A DNA stretch of 34,416 nt from Gammaproteobacteria bacterium (lineage in GTDB: Bacteria > Pseudomonadota > Gammaproteobacteria > UBA6429 > Thiohalophilaceae), in the NCBI GenBank assembly GCA_011052165.1, contig DRJN01000461.1, forward strand, positions 1 to 34,416, given 5' to 3'. Positions 17,089 through 27,335 of this stretch are shown in pieces. How positions within the stretch are numbered: the first letter of the stretch is position 1; the number at the start of each line of letters is the position of its first letter. The notes beneath the pieces are model-generated. The model saw nothing but the letters and a program-made list of their open reading frames with translations. It was not told the origin of the DNA and searched no databases. Position numbers and translations under genes: made by a program.

Positions 17089-18174
17089 ATGCTTTATCAT
17101 TTAGCCCGGTACCTGCAGGAAATATACAGCGGCTTCAATGTCTTCAACTACCTGACCCTGCGCGCGATCCTCGGCGTGCTCACCGCCTTGCTGATTTCTT
17201 TTATTATCGGTCCGGTGATGATCCGCAAACTGAGCAAGTACAACATCAGCCAGACGGTGCGCGAGGATGGCCCGGAAAGTCATTTCAGCAAAGCCGGCAC
17301 CCCGACCATGGGCGGTGCGCTGATTCTGGTGGCCATTTTTGTCAGCACCTTGTTGTGGTCGGACCTGACCAACCGCTATGTCTGGGTGGCGGTGATCACC
17401 ACGGCCATGTTTGGCCTTATCGGCTGGGTGGATGACTACAAGAAATTGGTACGGCGGGATCCCCGCGGTCTGAGCGCGCGTTACAAGTATTTCTGGCAGT
17501 CAGTGGCCGGTCTCGGCGCCGCCGTTTATCTCTATGTCAGTGCGACCAGTCCGGCCGACACGCAACTGATTGTGCCGATATTCAAGGATGTGGCGATTCC
17601 GATGAGTCTGGGCAGCTATGTGCTGTTGAGTTATTTCGTGATTGTCGGCAGCAGTAATTCGGTGAACCTTACCGATGGCCTTGACGGGCTGGCTATTTTG
17701 CCGACGGTGATGGTGGCCGGGGCTCTGGCCGTATTTGCCTATCTTACCGGGCATGTAGTGTTTTCGGCCTATTTGTCTATTCCCTACATACCGGGCGTCG
17801 GTGAGCTGGTGATTTTCTGTGGTGCCATTGTCGGCGCCGGGCTGGGCTTTCTCTGGTTCAACGCCTACCCCGCACAGGTTTTTATGGGCGACGTGGGCGC
17901 GCTGGCGCTGGGTGCAGCGCTGGGCGTTGTGGCCATAATGGTGCGTCAGGAGATCGTGCTTTTCATCATGGGCGGCGTGTTCGTGATGGAAACCGTATCG
18001 GTCATTCTACAGGTGGCCTCCTACAAACTCACGGGTCGGCGGATTTTTCGCATGGCGCCCCTGCATCATCATTTTGAACTCAAGGGCTGGCCGGAGCCGC
18101 GCGTGATCGTGCGTTTCTGGATCATCACCGTGATTCTGGTGCTGATCGGTCTGGCCACGCTGAAGGTTCGTTAA
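17089..18174 (+). CDS. mraY: Phospho-N-acetylmuramoyl-pentapeptide-transferase MraY
   Basis: I moved the start to the ATG at 17089, giving [27 protein letters not shown] (compare E. coli [27 protein letters not shown]). GGGGAGG lies at 17072-17078, 1 nt after the murF stop. 361 aa with the [10 protein letters not shown] motif. Confidence 0.95.
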   Translation: MLYHLARYLQEIYSGFNVFNYLTLRAILGVLTALLISFIIGPVMIRKLSKYNISQTVREDGPESHFSKAGTPTMGGALILVAIFVSTLLWSDLTNRYVWVAVITTAMFGLIGWVDDYKKLVRRDPRGLSARYKYFWQSVAGLGAAVYLYVSATSPADTQLIVPIFKDVAIPMSLGSYVLLSYFVIVGSSNSVNLTDGLDGLAILPTVMVAGALAVFAYLTGHVVFSAYLSIPYIPGVGELVIFCGAIVGAGLGFLWFNAYPAQVFMGDVGALALGAALGVVAIMVRQEIVLFIMGGVFVMETVSVILQVASYKLTGRRIFRMAPLHHHFELKGWPEPRVIVRFWIITVILVLIGLATLKVR

Positions 18175-18176
18175 GC

Positions 18177-19598
18177 ATGCTGCTGGCGATAGAAAAAAAT
18201 ATGACTGAGGAAAATACGATTCTGGACAGGCTGCGCGCGCAACGGGTGCTGATCGTCGGGCTGGGCGCGACGGGTCTTTCCTGCGCCCGTTTTCTGGTGG
18301 CGCAGGGGGTGGAGGTAGTGGTGACCGATAATCGCGTCAACCCGCCGGGCCTGGAAGTGCTGTCCAGGGAACTATCCGGCACCACCGTATTCGTCGGTGG
18401 TTTTGAGGCTGAGGCCTTTGAACGTGCGGATATACTTCTGCTCAGTCCCGGTGTTTCCCTGCGCGAGCCACTGGTGGCGGAAGCGCGGGCGCGCGGTGCC
18501 GAGATACTGGGCGATGTGGAGCTGTTTGCCCGTCTGGTGCGCGCCCCCGTGATCGCGATCACGGGTTCCAATGGCAAGAGCACCGTGACTACCCTGGTCG
18601 GGGAGATGGCGCGGGCAGCCGGACGGCATGTGGCGCTGGGCGGCAACATCGGTGTCCCGGTGCTGGATCTCCTGGATCAGTCGGATGATCAGCCGGCGCA
18701 TGATCTGTATGTGCTGGAGCTGTCCAGCTTCCAGCTTGAAACCACCCACAGTTTGGAGACGGTGGCGGCGACCATTCTCAATATCAGTGAAGATCACATG
18801 GATCGTTATACCAGCCTCGCAGACTATGTCGCTGCCAAGGCGCGGGTTTTCCACGGCAGCGATGCGCTGATCGTGAATCGTGACGATGCGCGGGTGACGG
18901 CGACGCTGGACATGCTCCGCTGTGGGCGGCGGCTCATTCATTTTGGCCTGCAACCCGCAGCGGAAGAGGATTTTGGACTTTGTGACGAGCGTGGCGAAGA
19001 CTGGCTGTGCCTGGGCCATGAGGCCCTGATGCCGGTTGCCAGGCTGCGCCTGCGTGGCCGGCACAATCTCGCCAATGCCTTGGCGGCGCTGGCGCTGGGA
19101 CAGGCGGCCGGGCTGCCGATGATGGCCATGCTTGAGACCCTGCAACACTTCGGCGGCCTGCCTCACCGTTGCCAGTGGCTGGGGGAATATCAAGGTGTGA
19201 ACTGGTACAACGATTCCAAGGCCACCAATGTGGGGGCCGCGCTGGCGGCCATCAATGGTGTTGAAGCAGAGCATATCGTCCTCATCGCCGGGGGTCAGGG
19301 CAAGGGGCAGGACTTTAGGCCGCTGGCCGGGCCGCTGGCGCAGCGGGCGCGGGCCGTGGTCCTGCTGGGCGAAGATGGTGCTGTGATCGAAGCGGCGTTG
19401 CAGCGTGTCCTGGGCGCGGATGCCCCGAACCTTTGCCATGTGCAGGACATGAGCGAAGCGGTAACATGCGCCGCCAGGATTGCCCGGCCGGGTGATGCCG
19501 TGCTGCTGTCACCGGCCTGCGCCAGTTTTGATATGTTTTCGGGTTTTGAGCAACGCGGCGAGGTATTCATGGAACAGGTGGAGGGCCAGCTTAAATGA
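18177..19598 (+). CDS. murD: UDP-N-acetylmuramoylalanine--D-glutamate ligase MurD
   Basis: 473 aa with a Rossmann-like VLIVGLGATGLS, the P-loop ITGSNGKST and DSKATN. The start could instead be the ATG at 18201 (MTEEN...). Confidence 0.9.
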   Translation: MLLAIEKNMTEENTILDRLRAQRVLIVGLGATGLSCARFLVAQGVEVVVTDNRVNPPGLEVLSRELSGTTVFVGGFEAEAFERADILLLSPGVSLREPLVAEARARGAEILGDVELFARLVRAPVIAITGSNGKSTVTTLVGEMARAAGRHVALGGNIGVPVLDLLDQSDDQPAHDLYVLELSSFQLETTHSLETVAATILNISEDHMDRYTSLADYVAAKARVFHGSDALIVNRDDARVTATLDMLRCGRRLIHFGLQPAAEEDFGLCDERGEDWLCLGHEALMPVARLRLRGRHNLANALAALALGQAAGLPMMAMLETLQHFGGLPHRCQWLGEYQGVNWYNDSKATNVGAALAAINGVEAEHIVLIAGGQGKGQDFRPLAGPLAQRARAVVLLGEDGAVIEAALQRVLGADAPNLCHVQDMSEAVTCAARIARPGDAVLLSPACASFDMFSGFEQRGEVFMEQVEGQLK

Positions 19599-20812
19599 GC
19601 CTGCAGGCGATTAGACAGGACGGCGTTTCGGCATCTGCCGATCAGGGGAGCCTATTGCTGTCGCTGGATCCCTGGTTGGTAGTGCCGGCTGTTAGCCTGC
19701 TGATGCTGGGGCTGGTGATGGTGGGTTCGGCCTCTATTTCGATGGCCGAGCAAAAGACCGGCCAGCCTTTTTATTTTCTCATTCGCCAAAGTATTTATGT
19801 GTGCATGGGGCTGGGACTGGCCTGGGGCGTCTGGTACTTGCCCATGCGGCTGTGGCAGGCTGCCGGACCCTATTTAATTATGGCCAGCGTACTGTTGCTG
19901 TTGTTGCTGTTTGTCCCCGGCCTGGGCCGGGAAGTGAATGGCAGTCTGCGCTGGCTCGCCCTGGGGCCGATCAACCTGCAGGTCTCAGAAGTGGTGAAAC
20001 TGTTCGTGGTGGTTTATCTGGCCGGTTATCTGCTGCGCCATAATGAGGCCGTGCGCAATCAGGCCGGGGGGTTTTTACGCCCGCTGGCCCTGATGGTGAT
20101 CTTGTCGATGCTGCTGTTGCTGGAACCGGACTTCGGTGCAGTGTGTGTGATGATGGCTATCGCTATGGGCATGATGTGGCTGGGTGGCGCACGTCTGTTG
20201 CAGTTTTTCCTGCTGGGACTGGGCATGTTGGGCATGCTGGGGATGCTGGCGGTGGCGGCGCCCTATCGCATGGCGCGGCTGACTACTTTTTTAAATCCTT
20301 GGGCCGATCCTTTCGACAGCGGCTTCCAGTTGACCCAGGCCCTGATCGCCTTTGGCCGTGGTGAATGGCTGGGTGTGGGCTTGGGATCCAGCGTACAGAA
20401 ACTGTTCTATCTGCCCGAGGCGCATACCGATTTTCTGTTTGCAGTGATAGCCGAGGAGCTGGGACTGGTGGCGGCGGTCCTGGTGATCATCCTGTTTCTT
20501 GTCATCGTCCTGCGTGCGCTGTACATCGGCCAACGAGCCGAAAAGCAGGAGGAATTGTTCATGGCCTATATGGCGTATGGGCTGGGGATCTGGATTGGTC
20601 TACAGGCCTTTATCAATATCGGCGTCAACATGGGCGTGTTGCCGACCAAGGGGCTGACCCTGCCGCTGATGAGCTATGGTGGCAGCAGCATGATGGTCAT
20701 GTGCGTCGCGATGGCTCTGTTGTTGCGAATCGAATATGAAACCCGTACCGGATCGGTACGGCGCGATTCTGTTGTCAGGGTCTCCCGCCGGGGGAGGACA
20801 GGGCATGTCTGA
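19595..20812 (+). CDS. ftsW: Peptidoglycan glycosyltransferase FtsW (SEDS family)
   Basis: 405 aa polytopic membrane protein with SEDS-type conserved segments (LQVSEVVKL, PEAHTDFLFAVIAEELG, LPTKGLTLPLMSYGGSS). It has an ATGA overlap with murD. Confidence 0.9.
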   Translation: MSLQAIRQDGVSASADQGSLLLSLDPWLVVPAVSLLMLGLVMVGSASISMAEQKTGQPFYFLIRQSIYVCMGLGLAWGVWYLPMRLWQAAGPYLIMASVLLLLLLFVPGLGREVNGSLRWLALGPINLQVSEVVKLFVVVYLAGYLLRHNEAVRNQAGGFLRPLALMVILSMLLLLEPDFGAVCVMMAIAMGMMWLGGARLLQFFLLGLGMLGMLGMLAVAAPYRMARLTTFLNPWADPFDSGFQLTQALIAFGRGEWLGVGLGSSVQKLFYLPEAHTDFLFAVIAEELGLVAAVLVIILFLVIVLRALYIGQRAEKQEELFMAYMAYGLGIWIGLQAFINIGVNMGVLPTKGLTLPLMSYGGSSMMVMCVAMALLLRIEYETRTGSVRRDSVVRVSRRGRTGHV

Positions 20813-21911
20813 CAAAGCGAAATCCCCGATGCCCTGCCGTATCCTGATCATGGCGGGTGGCACGGGCGGGCATGTCTATCCGGCGCTGGCGGTGGCTGAG
20901 TATCTGCGCCAGCAGAATGTGAGCGTGAGCTGGCTGGGGACGCGCAAGGGGCTGGAAGCACGGGTGGTGGCCCGGGCCGGTTTTCCCCTTTACACGATTT
21001 CGGTGGGCGGCCTGCGCGGAAAGGGACTGGGCGGCTGGTTGCTGGCACCACTGCGCCTGAACCTGGCTCTGTTACAGGCACTTAGAATCCTGGTCAGGCT
21101 GCGTCCGCATGCGGTACTGGGCATGGGGGGGTTTGTTACGGGACCCGGCGGTGTCGCGGCCTTTATTCTGGGTCGCGCATTGCTGATTCACGAACAAAAT
21201 GCGATTGCCGGGCTGACCAACCGGTTGCTGGGCCGTATTGCCGACAAGGTTATGGCGGCCTTTCCCGGCGCGTTTCGCAAGACCCGCCGGGTGGAGATTG
21301 TGGGCAATCCGGTGCGCGAGTCCATTGCCCGGTTGCCGGCGCCGGATGAGCGCTTTGCCATGCGCAAAGGCCGCCTGAACCTGCTGGTCATTGGCGGCAG
21401 CCTGGGGGCGCTGGCGTTGAATGAGACGCTGCCCGCCGCGCTGGAAAATTTTGACGCGGCTCACCGGCCGCATGTCTGGCATCAAACGGGTGTCGGCAAA
21501 CAGGCGGCCGGCGAGGCGGATTATGAGCAGCGGGGGATTGAGGCGAAGATCATGGAATTTATCGAGGATATGGATGCCGCCTACGCCTGGGCGGATCTGG
21601 TGATCTGCCGGGCCGGGGCGCTGACGGTTTCCGAGCTGGCGGTGGCCGGGGGGGGATCGATCCTGGTGCCGTATCCCCATGCCGTGGACGATCACCAGAG
21701 CGCCAATGCCCGTTTTCTGGTGCGTGCCGGCGCCGCCAAACTCTTGCCGCAAACTCAGTTGAGTGCAGACAGTCTCTACCGGATGCTGTCCGAGCTGATG
21801 AAAAAAGGTCGCCAAGGCCTGTTGAAAATGGCGATGGCGGCGCGGGGGGCGGCCATGCCGGGGGCTACCCGGCTCGTGGCCAAACGTTGTCTGGAGGCGG
21901 CTCATGGCTGA
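20805..21911 (+). CDS. murG: UDP-N-acetylglucosamine--N-acetylmuramyl-(pentapeptide) pyrophosphoryl-undecaprenol GlcNAc transferase MurG
   Basis: I moved the start to the ATG at 20805, preceded by GGGGGAGGA at 20790-20798, with an 8-nt overlap with the ftsW stop. The protein reads [31 protein letters not shown]. The longest ORF (from 20736) runs deep into ftsW. Confidence 0.9.
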   Translation: MSDKAKSPMPCRILIMAGGTGGHVYPALAVAEYLRQQNVSVSWLGTRKGLEARVVARAGFPLYTISVGGLRGKGLGGWLLAPLRLNLALLQALRILVRLRPHAVLGMGGFVTGPGGVAAFILGRALLIHEQNAIAGLTNRLLGRIADKVMAAFPGAFRKTRRVEIVGNPVRESIARLPAPDERFAMRKGRLNLLVIGGSLGALALNETLPAALENFDAAHRPHVWHQTGVGKQAAGEADYEQRGIEAKIMEFIEDMDAAYAWADLVICRAGALTVSELAVAGGGSILVPYPHAVDDHQSANARFLVRAGAAKLLPQTQLSADSLYRMLSELMKKGRQGLLKMAMAARGAAMPGATRLVAKRCLEAAHG

Positions 21912-23370
21912 GCGGTTGACACGCAATTATGGCCGCCGTGAGACCGATCTGGGTAATGCCCGCGGTGAGCCGGGCATGGGCCGTATTCGCCGGATTCATT
22001 TCGTGGGCATCGGCGGTGCGGGTATGGGTGGTATTGCCGAAGTGTTGCGCAACCTGGGCTATACCGTCAGCGGTTCGGATCTACAGGAAAACACGGTGAC
22101 CCGGCGTCTGCTGAAGCAGGGTGCCGAGGTCATCTTTGGCCATGCTGCGGAAAACATTAGCGGCAGTGATGTGGTGGTGGTGTCCAGCGCGGTCAAACAG
22201 GATAACCCGGAAGTCGTGGCCGCGCATGCGCAACGCATTCCAGTGGTTCCGCGTGCAGAAATGCTGGCCGAACTCATGCGTTTCCGGTTTGGTATCGCGG
22301 TAGCCGGTACTCACGGCAAGACTACTGCCACCAGTCTGATTGCCAGCGTCCTGGCGGAGGGCGGCGTGGACCCTACTTTCGTGATTGGCGGGCGGCTCAA
22401 CAGTGCCGGCAGCAATGCGCGTCTGGGCGCAGGACGCTATCTGGTGGCGGAGGCGGACGAGAGTGATGCGTCTTTTATGCACCTGCAACCGATGATGGCG
22501 GTGGTGACCAACATCGATGCCGATCACATGGAAACCTATGGTGGCGACTTCAACGTATTGCGCCAGACCTTCCTCGAATTTTTGCACCATTTACCCTTCT
22601 ACGGGCTAGCGGTGCTGTGTGTGGATGATCCGGAAGTTAGAAAATTGTTGCCCGAGGTGACCCGGCCGGTGCTCAGTTACGGCCTGGACGACAGCGCCGA
22701 CATCTATGCGACGGATTTGCAGCAGATCGGCGCCTGTACCCACTTTCGGGTTTCGCGCAAGGACAAAAAAGACTGGCTGAAAATCGATCTGAATATGCCG
22801 GGCCAGCACAACGTTCTCAATGCATTGGCAGCCATCGCCGTGGCGCACGAGATTGGCATTGCCGACGAGGCGGTCGTGCGGTCGCTGAAGAATTTTGCCG
22901 GTATCGGACGGCGTTTCCAGATCAACGGTGACTATGATCTTGGCGGCAGACGCGTGCTGCATGTGGATGACTATGGCCATCATCCGCGTGAAGTGGCGGC
23001 GACCATCAAGGCCATCCGTGAAGGCTGGCCGCAACGCCGCCTGGTGCTGGCTTTTCAGCCGCACCGCTACACCCGCACCCGCGATTTGTTCGAGGATTTC
23101 ACCATGGTGTTGTCCGAGGTGGACGCGCTGGTGCTGCTGGAAGTCTATGCCGCCGGTGAGACGCCTATTACCGGGGCCAATAGCCGCGCCCTGTCACGCG
23201 CCATTCGCCTGCGTGGGCAGGTCGAGCCGGTGTTTGTCAAGCAGATTGATGCGCTGGCGGAAACCCTCAAGGGCGTGCTGCAGGATGGCGATATTCTGCT
23301 GACGCTGGGCGCAGGCAATATTGGTGTGGCCGCGGCGAAGCTGAAACAGCAACTGGAAACGGGGGCCTGA
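21904..23370 (+). CDS. murC: UDP-N-acetylmuramate--L-alanine ligase MurC
   Basis: 488 aa with [18 protein letters not shown] and the P-loop [11 protein letters not shown]. It has an 8-nt overlap with the murG stop. An alternative start at 21976 (MGRIRRIHF) is possible. Confidence 0.9.
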   Translation: MAERLTRNYGRRETDLGNARGEPGMGRIRRIHFVGIGGAGMGGIAEVLRNLGYTVSGSDLQENTVTRRLLKQGAEVIFGHAAENISGSDVVVVSSAVKQDNPEVVAAHAQRIPVVPRAEMLAELMRFRFGIAVAGTHGKTTATSLIASVLAEGGVDPTFVIGGRLNSAGSNARLGAGRYLVAEADESDASFMHLQPMMAVVTNIDADHMETYGGDFNVLRQTFLEFLHHLPFYGLAVLCVDDPEVRKLLPEVTRPVLSYGLDDSADIYATDLQQIGACTHFRVSRKDKKDWLKIDLNMPGQHNVLNALAAIAVAHEIGIADEAVVRSLKNFAGIGRRFQINGDYDLGGRRVLHVDDYGHHPREVAATIKAIREGWPQRRLVLAFQPHRYTRTRDLFEDFTMVLSEVDALVLLEVYAAGETPITGANSRALSRAIRLRGQVEPVFVKQIDALAETLKGVLQDGDILLTLGAGNIGVAAAKLKQQLETGA

Positions 23371-23376
23371 GGAGTG

Positions 23377-24288
23377 ATGCCGATGCTGAATACAAAACAG
23401 TCCCCGCCCATACGCGGCGAATTGCGCCTACAGGAACCTCTGTCGGCGCATACCTCCTGGCGCGTAGGCGGGCGGGCGGCGCAGTTTTATCAACCGGCGG
23501 ATATTGCCGATCTGGCACAGTTCATTGCCGCGCTGGACGAGGATCTACCCCTGCTTTGGCTGGGGCTGGGCAGTAATATCCTGGTTCGTGATGGCGGCCT
23601 GCCGGGGGTGGTGATTTGCACCAGCGGGGTGATGAACGAACTGCAGTTTCTGGAGCATGAGCGCCTGCGGGTTGAGGTCGGACTGGCGATGCCGCAACTG
23701 GCGCGCCAATGCGCCCGTCAGGGCCTGCGCGGAACAGAATTTCTGTGCGGTATTCCCGGCACGGTGGGCGGTGGGCTGGCCATGAATGCTGGTGCCCTGG
23801 GAGGAGAGATCTGGGATCTGGTCGAGTCGGTGGAAACCGTGGATCGACAGGGTCGCTTGTATCTGCGTCGCGCGAATGAATTCGAGGTGGCTTATCGTCG
23901 TGTAATTGGACCCCTGGACGAATGGTTTGTGGCGGCAACCCTGCAACTTGACGCCGGTGACAGCGTCGAAAGTTTGCAGCAGATCAAGACCCACCTGGCC
24001 CGGCGCAGCACCACCCAGCCGACCCGGCAGCCCAGTGCCGGTTCGGTGTTCCGCAATCCACCGGATGACTATGCCGCCCGTTTGATTGAGGCGGCGGGGC
24101 TGAAGAACTGTTGTGTCGGCGGCGCCTGTGTATCGGGCAAACATGCGAATTTTATTGTCAATACCGGTAATGCCTGCGCGGCGGATATCGAAACCCTGAT
24201 TGAGAAAATCGAACAACAGGTGAAGGCTGAATATGGCGTTGAACTGGTGCGTGAAGTCAGGATTATGGGAGAAAGGCATGCTGCCTGA
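23377..24288 (+). CDS. murB: UDP-N-acetylenolpyruvoylglucosamine reductase MurB
   Basis: About 303 aa with an FAD-binding PCMH domain (WLGLGSNILVRD) and the catalytic region AGSVFRNP. The start is ambiguous among GTG 23374, ATG 23377 and ATG 23383, with GGAG at 23371-23374. Confidence 0.9.
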   Translation: MPMLNTKQSPPIRGELRLQEPLSAHTSWRVGGRAAQFYQPADIADLAQFIAALDEDLPLLWLGLGSNILVRDGGLPGVVICTSGVMNELQFLEHERLRVEVGLAMPQLARQCARQGLRGTEFLCGIPGTVGGGLAMNAGALGGEIWDLVESVETVDRQGRLYLRRANEFEVAYRRVIGPLDEWFVAATLQLDAGDSVESLQQIKTHLARRSTTQPTRQPSAGSVFRNPPDDYAARLIEAAGLKNCCVGGACVSGKHANFIVNTGNACAADIETLIEKIEQQVKAEYGVELVREVRIMGERHAA

Positions 24289-25267
24289 AGAACGGCTCAT
24301 AGATCTCGATGTGAAAGCGTTTGGCAAGGTGGCCGTGCTCATGGGCGGCTGGTCGGCGGAGCGCGCAGTGTCTTTGCAGAGCGGCCAGGCAGTGCTGGAT
24401 GGGCTGAAGCGCGCCGGAGTCGATGCCTGGGGCGTCGATGTGCAGAAAGCCACGGTGCTGGACACCCTTCGGCGGGGCAGTTTTGATCGTGCCTTTATTA
24501 TTCTGCACGGTCCCGGTGGCGAAGACGGCGTGATTCAGGGGGCGCTGGATATCCTGAATGTTCCCTATACCGGTAGCGGCGTGCTGGCGTCGGCTCTGAG
24601 CATGGACAAGCTGCGGTGCAAACAGTTTTTCGAAGGCGTGGGAATCCCGACGCCGGCTTATGCGGTGCTGGATGAAAGCACCGACATGGAGTTTGTGCAG
24701 GCCCGCCTGGGACTGCCGCTGATGATCAAGCCGGTGTTGGAAGGCTCCAGCCTGGGCATGAGCAAGGTCGGGCAGGTGGAAGAATTATTACCGGCCTGGC
24801 GACAGGCGGTAGAGTATCAGGGCGCGGTGATAGCCGAGCGCTGGATCGAAGGTGCGGAATACACCGTAGCGATTCTCGGACAGCAGGCGCTGCCCGTGAT
24901 TCAGCTTGAAACCAGCCATGCCTTTTATGACTATGCCGCCAAGTATCAGTCGGATGAAACCCGCTATCACTGTCCCTGTGGCCTGTCACAGACAGACGAA
25001 AAGCGTTTGCAGGATCTGGCACTGTCCGCTTTCAATGCGGTGGGGGCCACTGGCTGGGGACGGGTGGACGTGATGTGTGACAAAGAGGGAACGCCCTGGG
25101 TAATTGAAATCAACAGTGTGCCGGGCATGACCAGTCACAGTCTGGTGCCGATGGCGGCAAAGGCGGCAGGCATGAACTTTGATGAACTGGTCTGCCGCAT
25201 TCTGGCGCAGACGCTGGAGCTTGCGCAGATGCAGACAACGGTGGGGGAGGCGACCCATGGCGGCTAA
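24278..25267 (+). CDS. ddl: D-alanine--D-alanine ligase
   Basis: I moved the start to the ATG at 24278, preceded by GGGAGAAAGG, with an 11-nt overlap with the murB stop. The protein has FGKVAVLMGGWSAERAVSLQSG, the ATP-grasp motif GSSLGMSKV and EINSVPGMTSHSL. Confidence 0.9.
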   Translation: MLPEERLIDLDVKAFGKVAVLMGGWSAERAVSLQSGQAVLDGLKRAGVDAWGVDVQKATVLDTLRRGSFDRAFIILHGPGGEDGVIQGALDILNVPYTGSGVLASALSMDKLRCKQFFEGVGIPTPAYAVLDESTDMEFVQARLGLPLMIKPVLEGSSLGMSKVGQVEELLPAWRQAVEYQGAVIAERWIEGAEYTVAILGQQALPVIQLETSHAFYDYAAKYQSDETRYHCPCGLSQTDEKRLQDLALSAFNAVGATGWGRVDVMCDKEGTPWVIEINSVPGMTSHSLVPMAAKAAGMNFDELVCRILAQTLELAQMQTTVGEATHGG

Positions 25268-26057
25268 TTCCCAGGCGGTAATTTCTGCTCCGCATAGCCG
25301 CGACTGGTGCATAAAAGCGGGTCCGCGTCTCAAGATACTGGGCAGCCTGTTGCTATTGCTGGGAATAATGGCGCTCTTGGGCTGGTGCCTGGCTCTGCTG
25401 AAGGATCCAGCGACCCTGCCCATCACCAAGATCCGGGTACAGGGCGTGTTGGTGCATCTGGATGAAAACAGGCTGCGCCGGGCGGTGGTGGAAAAAGCCA
25501 ACCAGGGTTTTTTCGGTGTTGACATTGACGCCGTGAAACGGCGTGTGGAGCAGTTACCCTGGGTGGCGCAGGCCTCGGTGCGCCGAATCTGGCCGGATAC
25601 TTTAGGCGTTGAGGTCGTAGAGCAAAAACCCCTGGCGCGCTGGGCAAAGGGCGGTCTGGTGAATGAGGCGGGGCAGATATTCAAGCCGGTAACGACCCGC
25701 TACCCGTCGTGGCTGCCATTGTTTAGCGGGCCGGAAGATATGCTTGGCGTGATGGGTGAACAGTATCGGCAGGATAGCGCCCTGCTGGCGAGTATCGGCC
25801 TGGGTATCCGTGAAGTACAGATGAATTCGCGGCGGGCATTGACGCTGTATCTGAAGCTGCCATCGAACGAGAGCATCGAACTGGTGCTGGGACGCAAGCA
25901 GATCCAGGTGCGGTTACAACGTTTTATTGCGGTCTACAAAAAATTGCTGGGCGCACATGCTGCGGAAATTGCGCGGGTCGATCTGCGCTACAGCAACGGC
26001 ATGGCGGTCCAGTGGAACAAAACATTAAAACAGCAAATTGATAAGGGTGGGGAGTAA
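25257..26057 (+). CDS. ftsQ: Cell division protein FtsQ
   Basis: I moved the start to the ATG at 25257, preceded by GGGGGAGG at 25242-25249, with an 11-nt overlap with the ddl stop. 266 aa with a single TM helix (ILGSLLLLLGIMALLGWCLALL), then a POTRA-like region (ITKIRVQG...FFGVDIDAVKRRVEQLPWV). Confidence 0.85.
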   Translation: MAANSQAVISAPHSRDWCIKAGPRLKILGSLLLLLGIMALLGWCLALLKDPATLPITKIRVQGVLVHLDENRLRRAVVEKANQGFFGVDIDAVKRRVEQLPWVAQASVRRIWPDTLGVEVVEQKPLARWAKGGLVNEAGQIFKPVTTRYPSWLPLFSGPEDMLGVMGEQYRQDSALLASIGLGIREVQMNSRRALTLYLKLPSNESIELVLGRKQIQVRLQRFIAVYKKLLGAHAAEIARVDLRYSNGMAVQWNKTLKQQIDKGGE

Positions 26058-26063
26058 GCTTCC

Positions 26064-27299
26064 GTGTCGAAAAAGACAGAAAAAAATCTGATTGTCGGCC
26101 TGGACATCGGTACGTCGAAAGTCGTGGCCATCGTTGGTGAAATAACCGAAGACAATGAAGTCGAAGTGATTGGACTGGGTTCGCATCCCTCCCGAGGGCT
26201 GAAGAAAGGCGTGGTGGTGAATATTGAATCCACCGTGCAGTCGATCCAGCGTGCGGTCGAAGAGGCCGAGCTGATGGCCGGGTGCCAAATCCATTCGGTG
26301 TTTGCCGGGATTGCCGGCAGCCATATTCGCAGTCTGAACTCCCACGGCATTGTCGCCATTCGCGACAAGGAAGTGACCCCGGCTGATGTGGACCGGGTGA
26401 TCGATGCGGCTCGTGCGGTCGCCATCCCCGCCGATCAGAAAATCCTGCACATCATGCCGCAGGAGTTTTTGATCGATCAGCAGGAGAGCATCCGCGAACC
26501 CGTAGGCATGTCCGGCGTGCGCCTGGAAGCCAAGGTGCATATGGTCACCGGAGCGGTATCCGCAGCCCAGAACATCATCAAGTGCGTACGCCGTTGTGGC
26601 CTGGAAGTCGATGACATCATTCTCGAACAGCTGGCCTCCAGCCAGGCGGTGCTGACCGAAGATGAAAAGGAGCTGGGCGTGTGTCTGGTGGATATCGGTG
26701 GCGGCACCACGGATATTGCGGTGTTTACGGAAGGCGCGATTCGCCACACTGCCGTGATTCCGATTGCCGGTGATCAGGTGACCAATGACATTGCCGTGGC
26801 GCTACGCACGCCGACCCAGTATGCCGAGGAAATCAAGATCAAGTACGCCTGCGCCCTGACCCAATTGGCCAGTGTTGAGGAAACGATTGAAGTGCCGAGC
26901 GTGGGCGATCGTCCCCCCCGGCGGCTGGCGCGCCAGACTCTGGCGGAAGTGGTGGAACCCCGTTACGAGGAGCTGTTCACCCTGATTCAGGCGGAGCTGC
27001 GCCGCAGTGGTTTCGAAGATCTCTGCGCCGCCGGTATCGTTCTGACCGGGGGCAGTTCAAAGATGGAAGGCGCGGTGGATCTGGCCGAAGAGATTTTTCA
27101 CATGCCGGTGCGCAAGGCATTGCCGCAGTTTGTCACTGGTTTGATTGATGTGGTGCGTAATCCGATCCACGCCACTGGCGTAGGCCTGTTGTTGTTTGGA
27201 CATCAAAATCGGGCCATACGTGAGTCAGAGGCGCGTATGGGCGGTGGGATGCGTAGCGTATTGCTGCGCATGAAAAGCTGGTTTCAGGGCAATTTTTAA
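26064..27299 (+). CDS. ftsA: Cell division protein FtsA
   Basis: 411 aa with a GTG start. It has the actin-fold phosphate-binding motifs GLDIGTSKVVAIVGE and VDIGGGTTDIAVF, and a C-terminal amphipathic tail (LLRMKSWFQGNF). Confidence 0.95.
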   Translation: MSKKTEKNLIVGLDIGTSKVVAIVGEITEDNEVEVIGLGSHPSRGLKKGVVVNIESTVQSIQRAVEEAELMAGCQIHSVFAGIAGSHIRSLNSHGIVAIRDKEVTPADVDRVIDAARAVAIPADQKILHIMPQEFLIDQQESIREPVGMSGVRLEAKVHMVTGAVSAAQNIIKCVRRCGLEVDDIILEQLASSQAVLTEDEKELGVCLVDIGGGTTDIAVFTEGAIRHTAVIPIAGDQVTNDIAVALRTPTQYAEEIKIKYACALTQLASVEETIEVPSVGDRPPRRLARQTLAEVVEPRYEELFTLIQAELRRSGFEDLCAAGIVLTGGSSKMEGAVDLAEEIFHMPVRKALPQFVTGLIDVVRNPIHATGVGLLLFGHQNRAIRESEARMGGGMRSVLLRMKSWFQGNF

Positions 27300-27335
27300 A
27301 TCTAGTTACGATTTTATCAGTGAGGAGGGTGAATT

